Below are positions 8,100 through 16,165 of a stretch of 64,000 bases of DNA, piece after piece (the stretch's first letter is position 1; the number at the start of each line of letters is the position of its first letter). The notes under the pieces are model-generated. The model was not told the DNA's origin, searched no databases, and saw nothing but the letters and a program-made list of their open reading frames with translations. Position numbers and translations under genes: made by a program. The stretch comes from a virus. The stretch is from the IMG/VR virus record IMGVR_UViG_3300042455_000638, one strand, 5' to 3'.

Positions 8100-8140
8100 C
8101 CGGACACAATCAATCACCGCTCCCAACTGTACTTACCCTT
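8100..8140 (-). repeat. Degenerate copy of the 35-bp box (..CACCGCTCCCAACTGTACTTACC)
   Basis: Box fragment at the head of the leftward gene array, not attached to a coding stop. Confidence 0.35.
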
Positions 8141-8222
8141 TCCGCTTTCTTAGTACTACGGTCAGGGGGAGAATTCATATCCTTACAATGTGTAATTTTC
8201 AATGGAAAGAACAGTTCAGAAT

Positions 8223-8238
8223 GGTGAGTGATTGTAGA
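8223..8238 (+). promoter_or_regulatory. 16-mer GGTGAGTGATTGTAGA, copy 1
   Basis: 15 of 16 identical with 9069-9084. Both lie about 75-100 bp upstream of rightward gene starts. Shared -35-like cAGTT(C/G) 18 nt upstream of gattgTAGA. Confidence 0.4.
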
Positions 8239-8325
8239 CACCGACAACCAAACGTCGATACACTGGACAGCCCCGACAGGCGTCTGTCGGGACTGACGAA
8301 CAACACTGGAACGAAAGACAGAACA

Positions 8326-9054
8326 ATGATTGGAACCGCAGTAGATGATAGAACATTCACGGAACGCCCCGCCCCGATCCATCTGGGACACTACCGAACC
8401 AGGCCGACAAATGCTGCAATACTGGTAGCAATCGCTGCTGCTCGAAAAATGCCAGGTGGGATCGGCAAGGCGATTGCGAACGTCTCAGGGACTCGCCAGT
8501 TGACTTGCCGAGTGTTTCCGGACGTTGAACCGGATCGAGACGAACAGCCCCGCCTGGAGGACGTGGAAACCCCTGGACAGCATGACGGACCGGCCCCGAC
8601 TGTAGACTACAGCGGACGCCCAACAACAAGGCAGGCCGATAGACCGTATCTCATCTGGTGGGCAATGTTGCAACAACCAGCAAAAGATATGATTGCAGAA
8701 CTACAACCGCACGACAGAGACGACATCAGACAAGACCTTGCGATAAAATACTGGAGGCAGGCAGTAAAACAGGAAGCTGCGGGGAACCGCATCACAAACC
8801 CAGTCCCATTCGTCGCAAAGGCAGTTTCGGCCTGGATAGGCCGGAATACTGGGATTGCCGAAGTAAACCCGCTAACGCAGCAGCAGAGAGAAGACGCCGT
8901 CGACGCACTTGACGCACAGAGGAAAGCGGCGGAAGAATCCCGACTGCAAGCACTTGACGCAGAATTGGCAATCGTACAAGCACGATTCCACGCAGCAACA
9001 ATTGCTAAACTGGACGCAAAGAAACCGGAATCAGTATTCTGCTTCAAATGGTAA
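8326..9054 (+). CDS. Hypothetical protein; C-terminal about 130 aa coiled-coil and HTH-like (start uncertain, alternative ATG at 8662)
   Basis: Long track ORF 8041..9054. The N-terminal third lies in an AT-rich promoter-like region. The C-terminal half (AIKYWRQAVKQEAAGNRITNPVPFVAKAVSAWIGRNTG...) is convincingly protein-like. Confidence 0.35.
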   Translation: MIGTAVDDRTFTERPAPIHLGHYRTRPTNAAILVAIAAARKMPGGIGKAIANVSGTRQLTCRVFPDVEPDRDEQPRLEDVETPGQHDGPAPTVDYSGRPTTRQADRPYLIWWAMLQQPAKDMIAELQPHDRDDIRQDLAIKYWRQAVKQEAAGNRITNPVPFVAKAVSAWIGRNTGIAEVNPLTQQQREDAVDALDAQRKAAEESRLQALDAELAIVQARFHAATIAKLDAKKPESVFCFKW

Positions 9055-9068
9055 GAACAGTTGCCGAC

Positions 9069-9084
9069 GGTGAATGATTGTAGA
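9069..9084 (+). promoter_or_regulatory. 16-mer GGTGAATGATTGTAGA, copy 2 (promoter-like, -10 TAGAGT)
   Basis: See copy 1. Immediately followed by a perfect inverted repeat. Confidence 0.4.
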
Positions 9085-9111
9085 GTCCCGGTCTCAATGT
9101 GAGACCGGGAC
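9085..9111 (+). promoter_or_regulatory. Perfect 12-bp inverted repeat GTCCCGGTCTCA-ATG-TGAGACCGGGAC (operator or transcript 5' hairpin)
   Basis: Perfect palindrome overlapping the TAGAGT -10-like hexamer. No U-tract follows, so it is unlikely to be a simple terminator. Confidence 0.45.
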
Positions 9112-9144
9112 CAACACGACAAACAAACAGTAAAGGTTAATACG

Positions 9145-9678
9145 ATGACATTCGAACAACTACGGGATTCTCTGATCGCAGACGGACTTTCCCCCGATAT
9201 GGCTTCCCAAATTGCTGCAAAGCAATTGGGACGACTCCAGGCCGAACTGGCGGCCGTCCAGGAACAAGCCCGTAAACAGGCAGAAGAAGCAGCAGGGATT
9301 GCGGACTGGTGCGGACTCCGGGTGACAAAACTTGGCTCAAATGGTAGGCCGACATCCTACACGATTGCGGCGGAAAACGGTGTCGCAGCAGAACCGCCTA
9401 AACTTGGAACCGATGAAAACGGAGCGGGTACGTTCTTTCCGGGATACCTTTGGATCGCTCGAAACAAGGAGAAACTACAGAACATCCCGCAATCGGTATG
9501 CAATACCATCCACAACCTGCTCCAAAGCGAGCAGGGAATTGAAGTGTTGAAACATGCTACCTCGTTTGCGTCCAATGCAGGACTGGCGGCCTACGCCACC
9601 AAACGGAAAGAACTAATTGCAGCCGGAACCGTAGCGGACTGGAACCGCAGCGGAAAGAAAGCCAAAGCAAAAGCCTAG
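9145..9678 (+). CDS. Hypothetical protein (177 aa)
   Basis: Track ORF. AAAGG RBS. Preceded by a perfect 12-bp inverted repeat and followed by another. Confidence 0.5.
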   Translation: MTFEQLRDSLIADGLSPDMASQIAAKQLGRLQAELAAVQEQARKQAEEAAGIADWCGLRVTKLGSNGRPTSYTIAAENGVAAEPPKLGTDENGAGTFFPGYLWIARNKEKLQNIPQSVCNTIHNLLQSEQGIEVLKHATSFASNAGLAAYATKRKELIAAGTVADWNRSGKKAKAKA

Positions 9679-9700
9679 ACAGACCCCACGCCACGCCTCG

Positions 9701-9734
9701 CAGGGTATCACCGGTGAAAACTGGTGATACCCTG
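9701..9734 (+). terminator. Inverted repeat CAGGGTATCACC...GGTGATACCCTG after gene stop (terminator or operator)
   Basis: 12-bp perfect arms, 12 nt after the TAG of the 9145-9678 gene. Weak T-tract. Confidence 0.35.
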
Positions 9735-9812
9735 TTCGCATTGGTAGACAGGGATTGCAAGCATTACCAGGCGGACCAGGTAAGCAAACAAATGGACCTG
9801 GACAAACATCGG

Positions 9813-9855
9813 GTAGGCCGCATACGTCGGCTGTGCTGTGCTGTGCTTTTTCTCT
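9813..9855 (+). terminator. Weak hairpin + (GCTGT)3 + T5
   Basis: GGCCGCATACGTCGGC followed by GCTGTGCTGTGCTGTGCTTTTTCTC. Confidence 0.25.
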
Positions 9856-10058
9856 TATATTACACGCCATTTCCAGTATATTGGAGGTGGCTGGACGGTA
9901 ACCCGCTACGTCAGTCCCGTTAAAACCTAGGATTGCCAGTGTTTTCCGCTCTTTCCTGCCATCCGGGGCAATGCCAGGGAAGTTAAGCCCAAATTCAGAC
10001 CGGGGCATCCTGGTCCTTACAGGGTCCTCTAGGCTATTTGGTAACCCAGCCACCTTTT

Positions 10059-10316
10059 TCACGTTTTTCCAAATCCTTACAAGTGACCCTTGGTAAAAGT
10101 TTTGCGTACCGGTACCCCCAGCACAGCCGTATATCCGCTTCACGTTTTTCCAAATCCTTACAAGTGACCCTTGGTAGAAGTTTTGTCCAACCTACGTCTC
10201 ACCCGGTAAAAGTTTTGCGTACCGGTACCTCCAGACTGGCTGCCTGCCGCCACGTCCTGTGACTGCCTGTTGAAGGTGAGACCTTGTTGGGGTTTTGCAT
10301 ACCGGCTCCACACGTC
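10059..10316 (+). repeat. Iteron-like direct repeats, candidate origin or regulatory locus
   Basis: 46-bp unit TTCACGTTTTTCCAAATCCTTACAAGTGACCCTTGGTA(A/G)AAGTTTTG at 10067 and 10139 (period 72 bp). Sub-repeat AAGTTTTGCGTACCGGTACC at 10098, 10208 and a degenerate copy at 10296. Contains palindrome GTACCGGTAC. Confidence 0.55.
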
Positions 10317-10388
10317 TGGCCGGGCCTTGACAGGCCCGACCGAGCTGGCGATGATGGCAGCGGCTTATCCCCTCAACGGAGACCAGAT

Positions 10389-10712
10389 ATGACCCCGAGA
10401 GCAAAGACCCTCTACTACCTTGGCTTTACCTCCTACAAAGCCTACCTACGGTCTGCATTGTGGAAATGGATCAGGGAGAAGGTTTTCAAGCAGAAGGGCC
10501 GTACGTGTGCCCTGTGCAGCCGTAGAGCCACTCAGATCCACCATCGGTCTTATGACCGTCTAACGCTCAGAGGGATCATCCTGGACTATCTGGAGCCCAT
10601 GTGCAGCGGTTGCCACCGTATGATCGAGGTGACACCATCAGGCCGCAAGAGGAAGCGGGCGGCTGTGGAGCGGATGTTCGTCAGGCTTAAACGAAAAAAG
10701 CTGGCCCGTTGA
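10389..10712 (+). CDS. HNH endonuclease
   Basis: CALCSRRATQIHHRSY...CSGCHRM matches the HNH C-x2-C...HH...C-x2-C-H pattern. GGAG RBS. Stop lies inside a bidirectional terminator. Confidence 0.6.
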   Translation: MTPRAKTLYYLGFTSYKAYLRSALWKWIREKVFKQKGRTCALCSRRATQIHHRSYDRLTLRGIILDYLEPMCSGCHRMIEVTPSGRKRKRAAVERMFVRLKRKKLAR

Positions 10713-10726
10713 GGCCAGCTTTACTT
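10692..10726. terminator. Bidirectional intrinsic terminator
   Basis: A6 - AGCTGGCC - loop - GGCCAGCT - TTTACTT. Sits where a rightward gene and the leftward operon converge. Confidence 0.6.
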
Positions 10727-11000
10727 AATGCAGATACTTGTAGAGAAGTGTTTACTTATCGTCACTCAACGCACACCTCCGCTTCGACAAACTCGCCCGG
10801 GCCACCGATGTCGCCCGAGCTGCGTACCACGTTAAACCACTGCATCGTCAACCTTTCGTATGTAAGCGTCATTGACCACGACACACTCAACAGTCTGTCT
10901 CACCGCGATCCAGACGTAGCAGCCGAGGTAGAATGGGACGAACCCGACGTTGAAAAGTCTCAACATCCAAATCGGTATCCATTGCATGTTGGGGTGGAGA

Positions 11001-11804
11001 CTACTTCTGCACAACTGGCACCTCGAATTCTTCGGTCTTGAGAACGATGCAGTACTTCCAGTTCTTTCGTATCTGCTCGACGTCGTTGGGGTTGATAGTG
11101 GTAGATGAGAAAGTGGGGGGTAATGAATCGCCGTACGCAAACGTCGTAAGAGACAACTTCATTGTCTTCTTCTGCTTCGGTCGGCGGAAGACGATAGTGT
11201 AGTACTTGTTCGCCCGGTACCAACCAACAGTGCGTCCGGGTTCGAACCACACACAACCAGAGGACTTCCGCCAGCCGGTGTTACAGTCCGTGTAGTTATG
11301 CTCGGAGTTAATGTCCGGTACATCGGATGCGTCCATCAACTCGTGGTCAGGACCAGTTGGGAGGGTTGGTATTGGTTCGGCAACAGTCTTGTGTCTAAGA
11401 ACCCTCGCAAGAGCCTGCTCCTCGGTGAGCTTCACCCGCTTACGGACAGCAGCAATACTGGGCATTGCCGCACTGCTGGATTCTACGCTCCCATCATGTT
11501 TGATGAAGCTCAAGAGCTTTGGACTGTCCACACGCACGTAAGCGTACACGTCTGGTACCGTCGTCTCGAAGTACTGTGGGTACACCACCGGTACCCAGTC
11601 CCAACCGTCGCAGTCCACAAGACGCTCTTTGTTCCGCAGCATGTAGTCAACCGGCAACCCATACACGCAGCCATCCATGCTCTCGCAGATAATCCGGCCA
11701 CCAACTGCCATGCCGTGAACCAGGATGCGGTGCCGCTTGTCCGTGTGGTTCTTCTCTGTCCACCACTGACCCTTTTCAATCTTAACTGACTCGACGTTTG
11801 ACAT
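11001..11804 (-). CDS. Hypothetical protein (267 aa)
   Basis: Track ORF. GGGAGAGGG RBS. First gene after the bidirectional terminator (minus-sense end of operon). Confidence 0.5.
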   Translation of the reverse strand: MSNVESVKIEKGQWWTEKNHTDKRHRILVHGMAVGGRIICESMDGCVYGLPVDYMLRNKERLVDCDGWDWVPVVYPQYFETTVPDVYAYVRVDSPKLLSFIKHDGSVESSSAAMPSIAAVRKRVKLTEEQALARVLRHKTVAEPIPTLPTGPDHELMDASDVPDINSEHNYTDCNTGWRKSSGCVWFEPGRTVGWYRANKYYTIVFRRPKQKKTMKLSLTTFAYGDSLPPTFSSTTINPNDVEQIRKNWKYCIVLKTEEFEVPVVQK

Positions 11805-12303
11805 AACCCTCTCCCGTAAGAAAAAAGTGAATAGCTCGTGAAGGCCCGATGAGATGCTTCAGCATCCTGAGCCAAGTTTGAATTCTGGTGTGGATCACCG
11901 ACTGATGAACTCCACACCGTTTAGCGATGGAACCTTGTGTCTCTCCGTGGAAGTACCTGAAGAGAACCTCGTACGCAGACGGTAGCTCTTTCCGGATAAC
12001 GTCCCATAGCTCCTCCAGGTTCTCCTCACAAACCTCGGGCCTGTTACGAAACAGCCCGGCCGGTCTAACCGGCCTGTGCTTAGCCAACATCCTCTTTAGA
12101 GTGTAGCTGGCCGTCCAGTAGCATCCGTTGCTCAGCAGGACGTCCTTCTTCGGTGGGTACCGCAGGAGGTTAACCATCGTCTCCTGGACTACATCATCCA
12201 GACCAAGGGACCGGGCCTGTCTGGCCCGGCCGAGGTTGCAAGTGAAGTAGTACCGAACAGACTTCTCGATCTCTTCAGCACTGTACCGTTTGAAGAAACT
12301 CAT
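11782..12303 (-). CDS. Sigma-70 family (ECF-like) sigma factor
   Basis: Region-2-like LDDVVQETMVNLLRY. Region-4 HTH LPSAYEVLFRYFHGETQGSIAKRCGVHQSVIHTRIQTWLRMLKH. ATGA overlap with the upstream gene. Confidence 0.55.
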   Translation of the reverse strand: MSFFKRYSAEEIEKSVRYYFTCNLGRARQARSLGLDDVVQETMVNLLRYPPKKDVLLSNGCYWTASYTLKRMLAKHRPVRPAGLFRNRPEVCEENLEELWDVIRKELPSAYEVLFRYFHGETQGSIAKRCGVHQSVIHTRIQTWLRMLKHLIGPSRAIHFFLTGEGYVKRRVS

Positions 12304-12701
12304 GGCTGGTTAGCGACCTTGATAAACTCATCAGCAACGGCAAAGGCTTCTCTGGCCACGATAGCCCACTGCTCTGCGGACTCACCGACATCGGCCTTGA
12401 CACTACCAATACGTACGTCCTTCAGGAAGTCCGAGATCAGGGCTGGAAACACCGACAGAGCGATTCCTTCGCGGTACTGCTTAGCTGCAATCACTTCCTG
12501 CAGGTTGACGGCTCCACCCTGAGCAGGACACTCCTCAACAAGGTCACAAGGGTCCTCCACATAGGTGTGGTACCGACCACCGTGGGTGTATGTATAGTCG
12601 CCACACACGAATGGATACTCACGGTCACTACCGTTGGCCGTAGTTGGTCCCACGATTTCTCCGTCTCTTCTCTTGTAATACTTACCGATTTCAATCTCCA
12701 C
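12300..12701 (-). CDS. Hypothetical protein (133 aa)
   Basis: Track ORF. GTG start with GGAGGTG RBS. Confidence 0.45.
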   Translation of the reverse strand: MEIEIGKYYKRRDGEIVGPTTANGSDREYPFVCGDYTYTHGGRYHTYVEDPCDLVEECPAQGGAVNLQEVIAAKQYREGIALSVFPALISDFLKDVRIGSVKADVGESAEQWAIVAREAFAVADEFIKVANQP

Positions 12702-12732
12702 AACGCACCTCCAGTTAAACAGTGAGCTGTAA

Positions 12733-13080
12733 TTAGTCTACTTTCATTTTCTCGTCGATGAGATCCAGCGTGTCTTTGAACACCCGGTCGATCATGTCTG
12801 CGGCTTGCATCTTGGAGAAGTAGGGATCGGCTTGGTCCCTGATCCAGAACTTCACGTCATACCTGCCGTCCCGAAGCTTCGCCCGGATGTCGCTGTACAA
12901 CTTGTGCAGAATCTCCTCCTTGAGACGCATCTCCATCCACTCAACGGACATGGCCCCTTCGTAGATGTCAGGGTCCCGCACAGTTCCCACCGCTCGGAGT
13001 AAGACATCGGCCTGCACCTCAGTGGCACGAGTCTCCTTTCGGTAATAGGACTTTATCTCAATGTCTTTTGCTGTGATCAT
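12733..13080 (-). CDS. Hypothetical protein (about 115 aa)
   Basis: Track ORF. GGAGGTGT RBS, with GTG/ATG start at 13078-13083. Confidence 0.45.
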   Translation of the reverse strand: MITAKDIEIKSYYRKETRATEVQADVLLRAVGTVRDPDIYEGAMSVEWMEMRLKEEILHKLYSDIRAKLRDGRYDVKFWIRDQADPYFSKMQAADMIDRVFKDTLDLIDEKMKVD

Positions 13081-13658
13081 CACACACCTCCAACTTTACA
13101 ATGTGGTTTCCAACAGTTATACCCAATATCGTCCACCTGATCAGCAACACTCACAGAACGATGGCTAATCGCATATCCCATTTCGTTCCACTTCTGAGGG
13201 AAGATCACTGAAGCCCCGCCGCTCAGGTCAAACGACCGGCACTGCTGGTCACTGTCATCCACCAGAATCCTGTCCCGCCCGGCAAGCAACCACTTGTAGT
13301 GCGTGAGCACGTAGTTCTTGCTGTGCTTGCTCAGGAAGCCGTGCCTGCGGAGCCAGTTCAACTTGCCCGTCGCGGCCTCATCGTGGTTCCCCGGCGATGA
13401 GCAGTACACGATGTCGCCCTTGGTCTTCAGGTAGTCAACAAGCTCGTGTGCCCAGGGATAGACTGGCAGGTCGTCCCAGAAGTACATCGTGTCGTTGATC
13501 CGCTTCGTGAACTCGTCATCGTCCATGTAATCCTCGAAGAAGTTCCAGTGCTCTACCTGATCGGCTGTGATCGGCAGTTCAGCCGCTGCGATGGCACCCG
13601 ACACGAAGTCGGCCAGTACGCCATCAAGGTCTAAGAAAATGGTTGTCACAGTGAGCAC
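13080..13658 (-). CDS. HAD-superfamily 5'(3')-deoxyribonucleotidase-like hydrolase
   Basis: N-terminal FLDLDGVLADF (DxDGV...ADF) is the HAD motif I signature of the NT5C deoxyribonucleotidase family. Length 192 aa is typical of the family. Confidence 0.5.
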   Translation of the reverse strand: MLTVTTIFLDLDGVLADFVSGAIAAAELPITADQVEHWNFFEDYMDDDEFTKRINDTMYFWDDLPVYPWAHELVDYLKTKGDIVYCSSPGNHDEAATGKLNWLRRHGFLSKHSKNYVLTHYKWLLAGRDRILVDDSDQQCRSFDLSGGASVIFPQKWNEMGYAISHRSVSVADQVDDIGYNCWKPHCKVGGV

Positions 13659-13819
13659 TCCTCCCCGATAGTGATTTCATCATAGCCGTACCGGTCAAAC
13701 TGGTACTGACCCTCTCTCAGACTACGGACCCTGCGATCTGCCTCAATCTCTGTCAGATACACGCCCAGAATGCGTGACCCCTCGCAGTCCCAATACCCCC
13801 GCACAATGTAGACTATCAT
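13646..13819 (-). CDS. Hypothetical small protein
   Basis: Trimmed to ATG 13817-13819 with AGGAGGTG RBS. Confidence 0.4.
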   Translation of the reverse strand: MIVYIVRGYWDCEGSRILGVYLTEIEADRRVRSLREGQYQFDRYGYDEITIGEECSL

Positions 13820-13897
13820 AAAGCACCTCCTGCCCAACAGTATTGCCGAAACGAAAATGCCCGGCAAGAGGTGCCGGGCAGATTCTCATGGGCGAGA

Positions 13898-14110
13898 TTA
13901 CTTGGGGTAGAAGATCATCCCTCCGTGCCCATCCCTTCCCTCTCCGGCACTACACACCGGGCAGACCTCCCAAGCCCATCTACCCTCCCTTTGACAGGTC
14001 TCGATCTTCTTCAGTTCTGCTTGGGTAGCCTCCGCTTCAGAACCACAGTTGCCGCAGCTACCGACCCACAGGTTATCGCTCGGCTTGGTTCCGACTTTAG
14101 TAATCTTCAC
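13898..14110 (-). CDS. Zinc-ribbon protein (CGNC...CPVC)
   Basis: Track ORF. GTG start after AGGAGGTGA. Confidence 0.45.
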   Translation of the reverse strand: MKITKVGTKPSDNLWVGSCGNCGSEAEATQAELKKIETCQREGRWAWEVCPVCSAGEGRDGHGGMIFYPK

Positions 14111-14274
14111 CAGTCACCTCCTTGGTAAAGTAGTGGGTCAGGAGACCTCATAACGATAGCTGGTTTAGCCGGGTCAAACTGCCAAGCCGGTGTAGGACCA
14201 AACGATCGTTGTACGTAACACTGCCAGTTCATGTTCAGCAACCAAGTATCTGCCCACATCCGAGTAAACACCAT
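14107..14274 (-). CDS. Hypothetical small protein
   Basis: Trimmed to ATG 14272-14274 with GGAGGAG RBS. Confidence 0.35.
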   Translation of the reverse strand: MVFTRMWADTWLLNMNWQCYVQRSFGPTPAWQFDPAKPAIVMRSPDPLLYQGGDW

Positions 14275-14310
14275 CTCACTTCTCCTCCAGGAACACGTTA
14301 ACGTCATTCA

Positions 14311-14844
14311 TCAGTCCACCAACCTTTCTGCCCTCGACAGAAACACTGGAACACATTGGCTGGCCATGATAGGCCGTACCGCCAGAACTTTAATACCCCG
14401 TTGATCAGCGGAGTCTGAGATACGAACCTTTATCGTATTGCAGATGCTCCACACACCTCGGGTTTTGATCTCGTCAGCCGTAAGCTGGCTGATGATCTTT
14501 ACTAACCCGGAGCCGCCGATGAGTTCAAGATGGTTCTGCCCACTGAACTGCATTGTCTCGTACTTGAGAATGTCACTGATCTCATACTCGATACCGATCC
14601 TCCACTGCCACGTCTTATCGTCTGAAGACGTGACAGCGATGATTGCCGTCTCGCATATCTGGCTGACAACAGTGTGGACCCTCCAGTACTGAATGAGCGG
14701 CCAGATGATGTACAGCCCCGGACCCTTGGCCCGGCCGTATCTACCGAACCAGTAACAGGCCGCTTCTTCGGTTGGTGCCACGATCGTCGGTCGGGGCATC
14801 AACTCCCAGAGGAACTGCACTATTTGGGTCAGTAGATCAAGCAC
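14311..14844 (-). CDS. SPFH/band-7 (stomatin/HflKC-like) domain protein
   Basis: IVAPTEEAACYWFGRYGRAKGPGLYIIWPLIQYWRVHTVVSQ...AIIAVTSSD resembles the SPFH core (V.e.eaAVv.RfGr....GPGLhf.iP.I..v..V..R). GTG start. Confidence 0.4.
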   Translation of the reverse strand: MLDLLTQIVQFLWELMPRPTIVAPTEEAACYWFGRYGRAKGPGLYIIWPLIQYWRVHTVVSQICETAIIAVTSSDDKTWQWRIGIEYEISDILKYETMQFSGQNHLELIGGSGLVKIISQLTADEIKTRGVWSICNTIKVRISDSADQRGIKVLAVRPIMASQCVPVFLSRAERLVD

Positions 14845-14894
14845 TTTTTCTCTCCATCCGCCTATGTGGGTATTGCTTCAGTTCAGCGGTCATG

Positions 14895-15779
14895 TCAAGC
14901 TCCTGACGTTGGTGTTAGCTCGATGTGGGTTACGACACGTCGCTGTTTCTTGACGGTGAACATGTCATACGTAAGTTTCAGCCACCAGGCTCCGAGTGGT
15001 TTCGGCGGCTTGCCGGTTCCAACGTGCCACCCACCTACCCCGGAACCGTATTCTTCTTTGTACGTCGACGTCTTGACGTACCATGAGCTACGCTGCTTGA
15101 CCTCACCGTAACTATCGAGGTACACCTTCATGTTCTCCTGTACCCACCGCTGGTGGACGTGACCACTCAGCATGATATCGGCCCCATCGACGTAGGCGTT
15201 CTGTCGTTGTGCCTGGATGGTGTCCTGTGTGACGGGACCGCCACCTCCGTACCCGTGCATGTGCCAGAGAACTCGTGAGGTCCTGTGGCCCGACCCATCA
15301 TCCAGCAGGAACTTGATCCAACCTGTGTAGCCCGTCACAGGAACTACAGCTCCAGTCTTCGTCCTGAGGGCCTGAGCGAGACGTTCGGTCAGGTTGGTCT
15401 CGTGTCGACCGAGGATGCTCGTCTCGTGGTTGCCGTACCCGAGAGCAACGATGTTCTTGGCGTACGGCTCATAGAAGTCGGCAGCGGTGTTTACCAGTGA
15501 GTCGAGGTACTCACCGTTCTGGTGTTCGGGTCGAATGTCAGACTTGTTTGACCGTTTGTCGTACTTGCCTTGCATTGCACAGAACAAGTCTCCTATGTCA
15601 ATGATCCCGGCCTCACGTTCGAGGGCCTCGTCCAGGTGTCTCTTCTCAAGTTCATGGTTACAGTGTGGGTTGTCGTGGTGCCGGTCTCCAGATAGCAGGA
15701 ACCAGTGCTCTTTCTTTTTGCTACAGTCGAGAGCTACTTTTACGACGTTAGGACTTACACCTTTTTCCAACGTGAACAT
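14895..15779 (-). CDS. Calcineurin-like metallophosphoesterase
   Basis: Motifs LSGDRHHD, GNHE and GHVH in the canonical order. Trimmed to ATG 15777-15779. Confidence 0.6.
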   Translation of the reverse strand: MFTLEKGVSPNVVKVALDCSKKKEHWFLLSGDRHHDNPHCNHELEKRHLDEALEREAGIIDIGDLFCAMQGKYDKRSNKSDIRPEHQNGEYLDSLVNTAADFYEPYAKNIVALGYGNHETSILGRHETNLTERLAQALRTKTGAVVPVTGYTGWIKFLLDDGSGHRTSRVLWHMHGYGGGGPVTQDTIQAQRQNAYVDGADIMLSGHVHQRWVQENMKVYLDSYGEVKQRSSWYVKTSTYKEEYGSGVGGWHVGTGKPPKPLGAWWLKLTYDMFTVKKQRRVVTHIELTPTSGA

Positions 15780-15853
15780 GCTGGGCTCCAGAAAACAAAG
15801 TTGGTGAACCGGAGTAATCCTACCGAAAGGAATACCCCGGCACAACCCGTTTC

Positions 15854-16165
15854 CTACTCCTGAGAAGATGTATCCGACGATTCATGGACACGAAGCACGA
15901 ACGTGCGGGCCTCACACGCCGTAACCTTACACCGCCTGAAACCTATTTCCATCAGGGGGCCGTTATCGACAGCCGCAAGAGCCATAACCCGCTTCCTGGC
16001 TGTCTCCATGTTCCCCCCGTATATCTCGACAACAGTCCTGGCGATCTCGTTAGCCGTACGGGGGTTCTCGTCTGTGCAGGCCACAACACGCTCGTTGACC
16101 TTCAGTACCTGCAGCTTTGACGCAGTCGACCCCCAATACTTCTCACGGGCAACCTCATTCTTCAC
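15854..16165 (-). CDS. Hypothetical protein, possible winged-helix
   Basis: Track ORF. GTG start after AGGAGG. Confidence 0.4.
   Translation of the reverse strand: MKNEVAREKYWGSTASKLQVLKVNERVVACTDENPRTANEIARTVVEIYGGNMETARKRVMALAAVDNGPLMEIGFRRCKVTACEARTFVLRVHESSDTSSQE

Noticed and set aside
8110-8391. 93-aa minus-strand ORF overlapping the rightward ORF and the AT-rich control region
   Set aside because: No RBS. It lies in a divergent promoter region and the degenerate 35-bp box is not in frame with its stop. Probably spurious.
10038-10262. 74-aa plus-strand ORF in the iteron region
   Set aside because: Its translation simply repeats (SRFSKSLQVTLG twice) because it reads through the 46-bp direct repeats. 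No RBS. Taken as a non-coding repeat artefact.
10040-10320. Possible CRISPR array
   Set aside because: Only two to three repeat copies, unequal spacing with nested sub-repeats, and no cas genes or leader. It looks like iterons, not a CRISPR locus.
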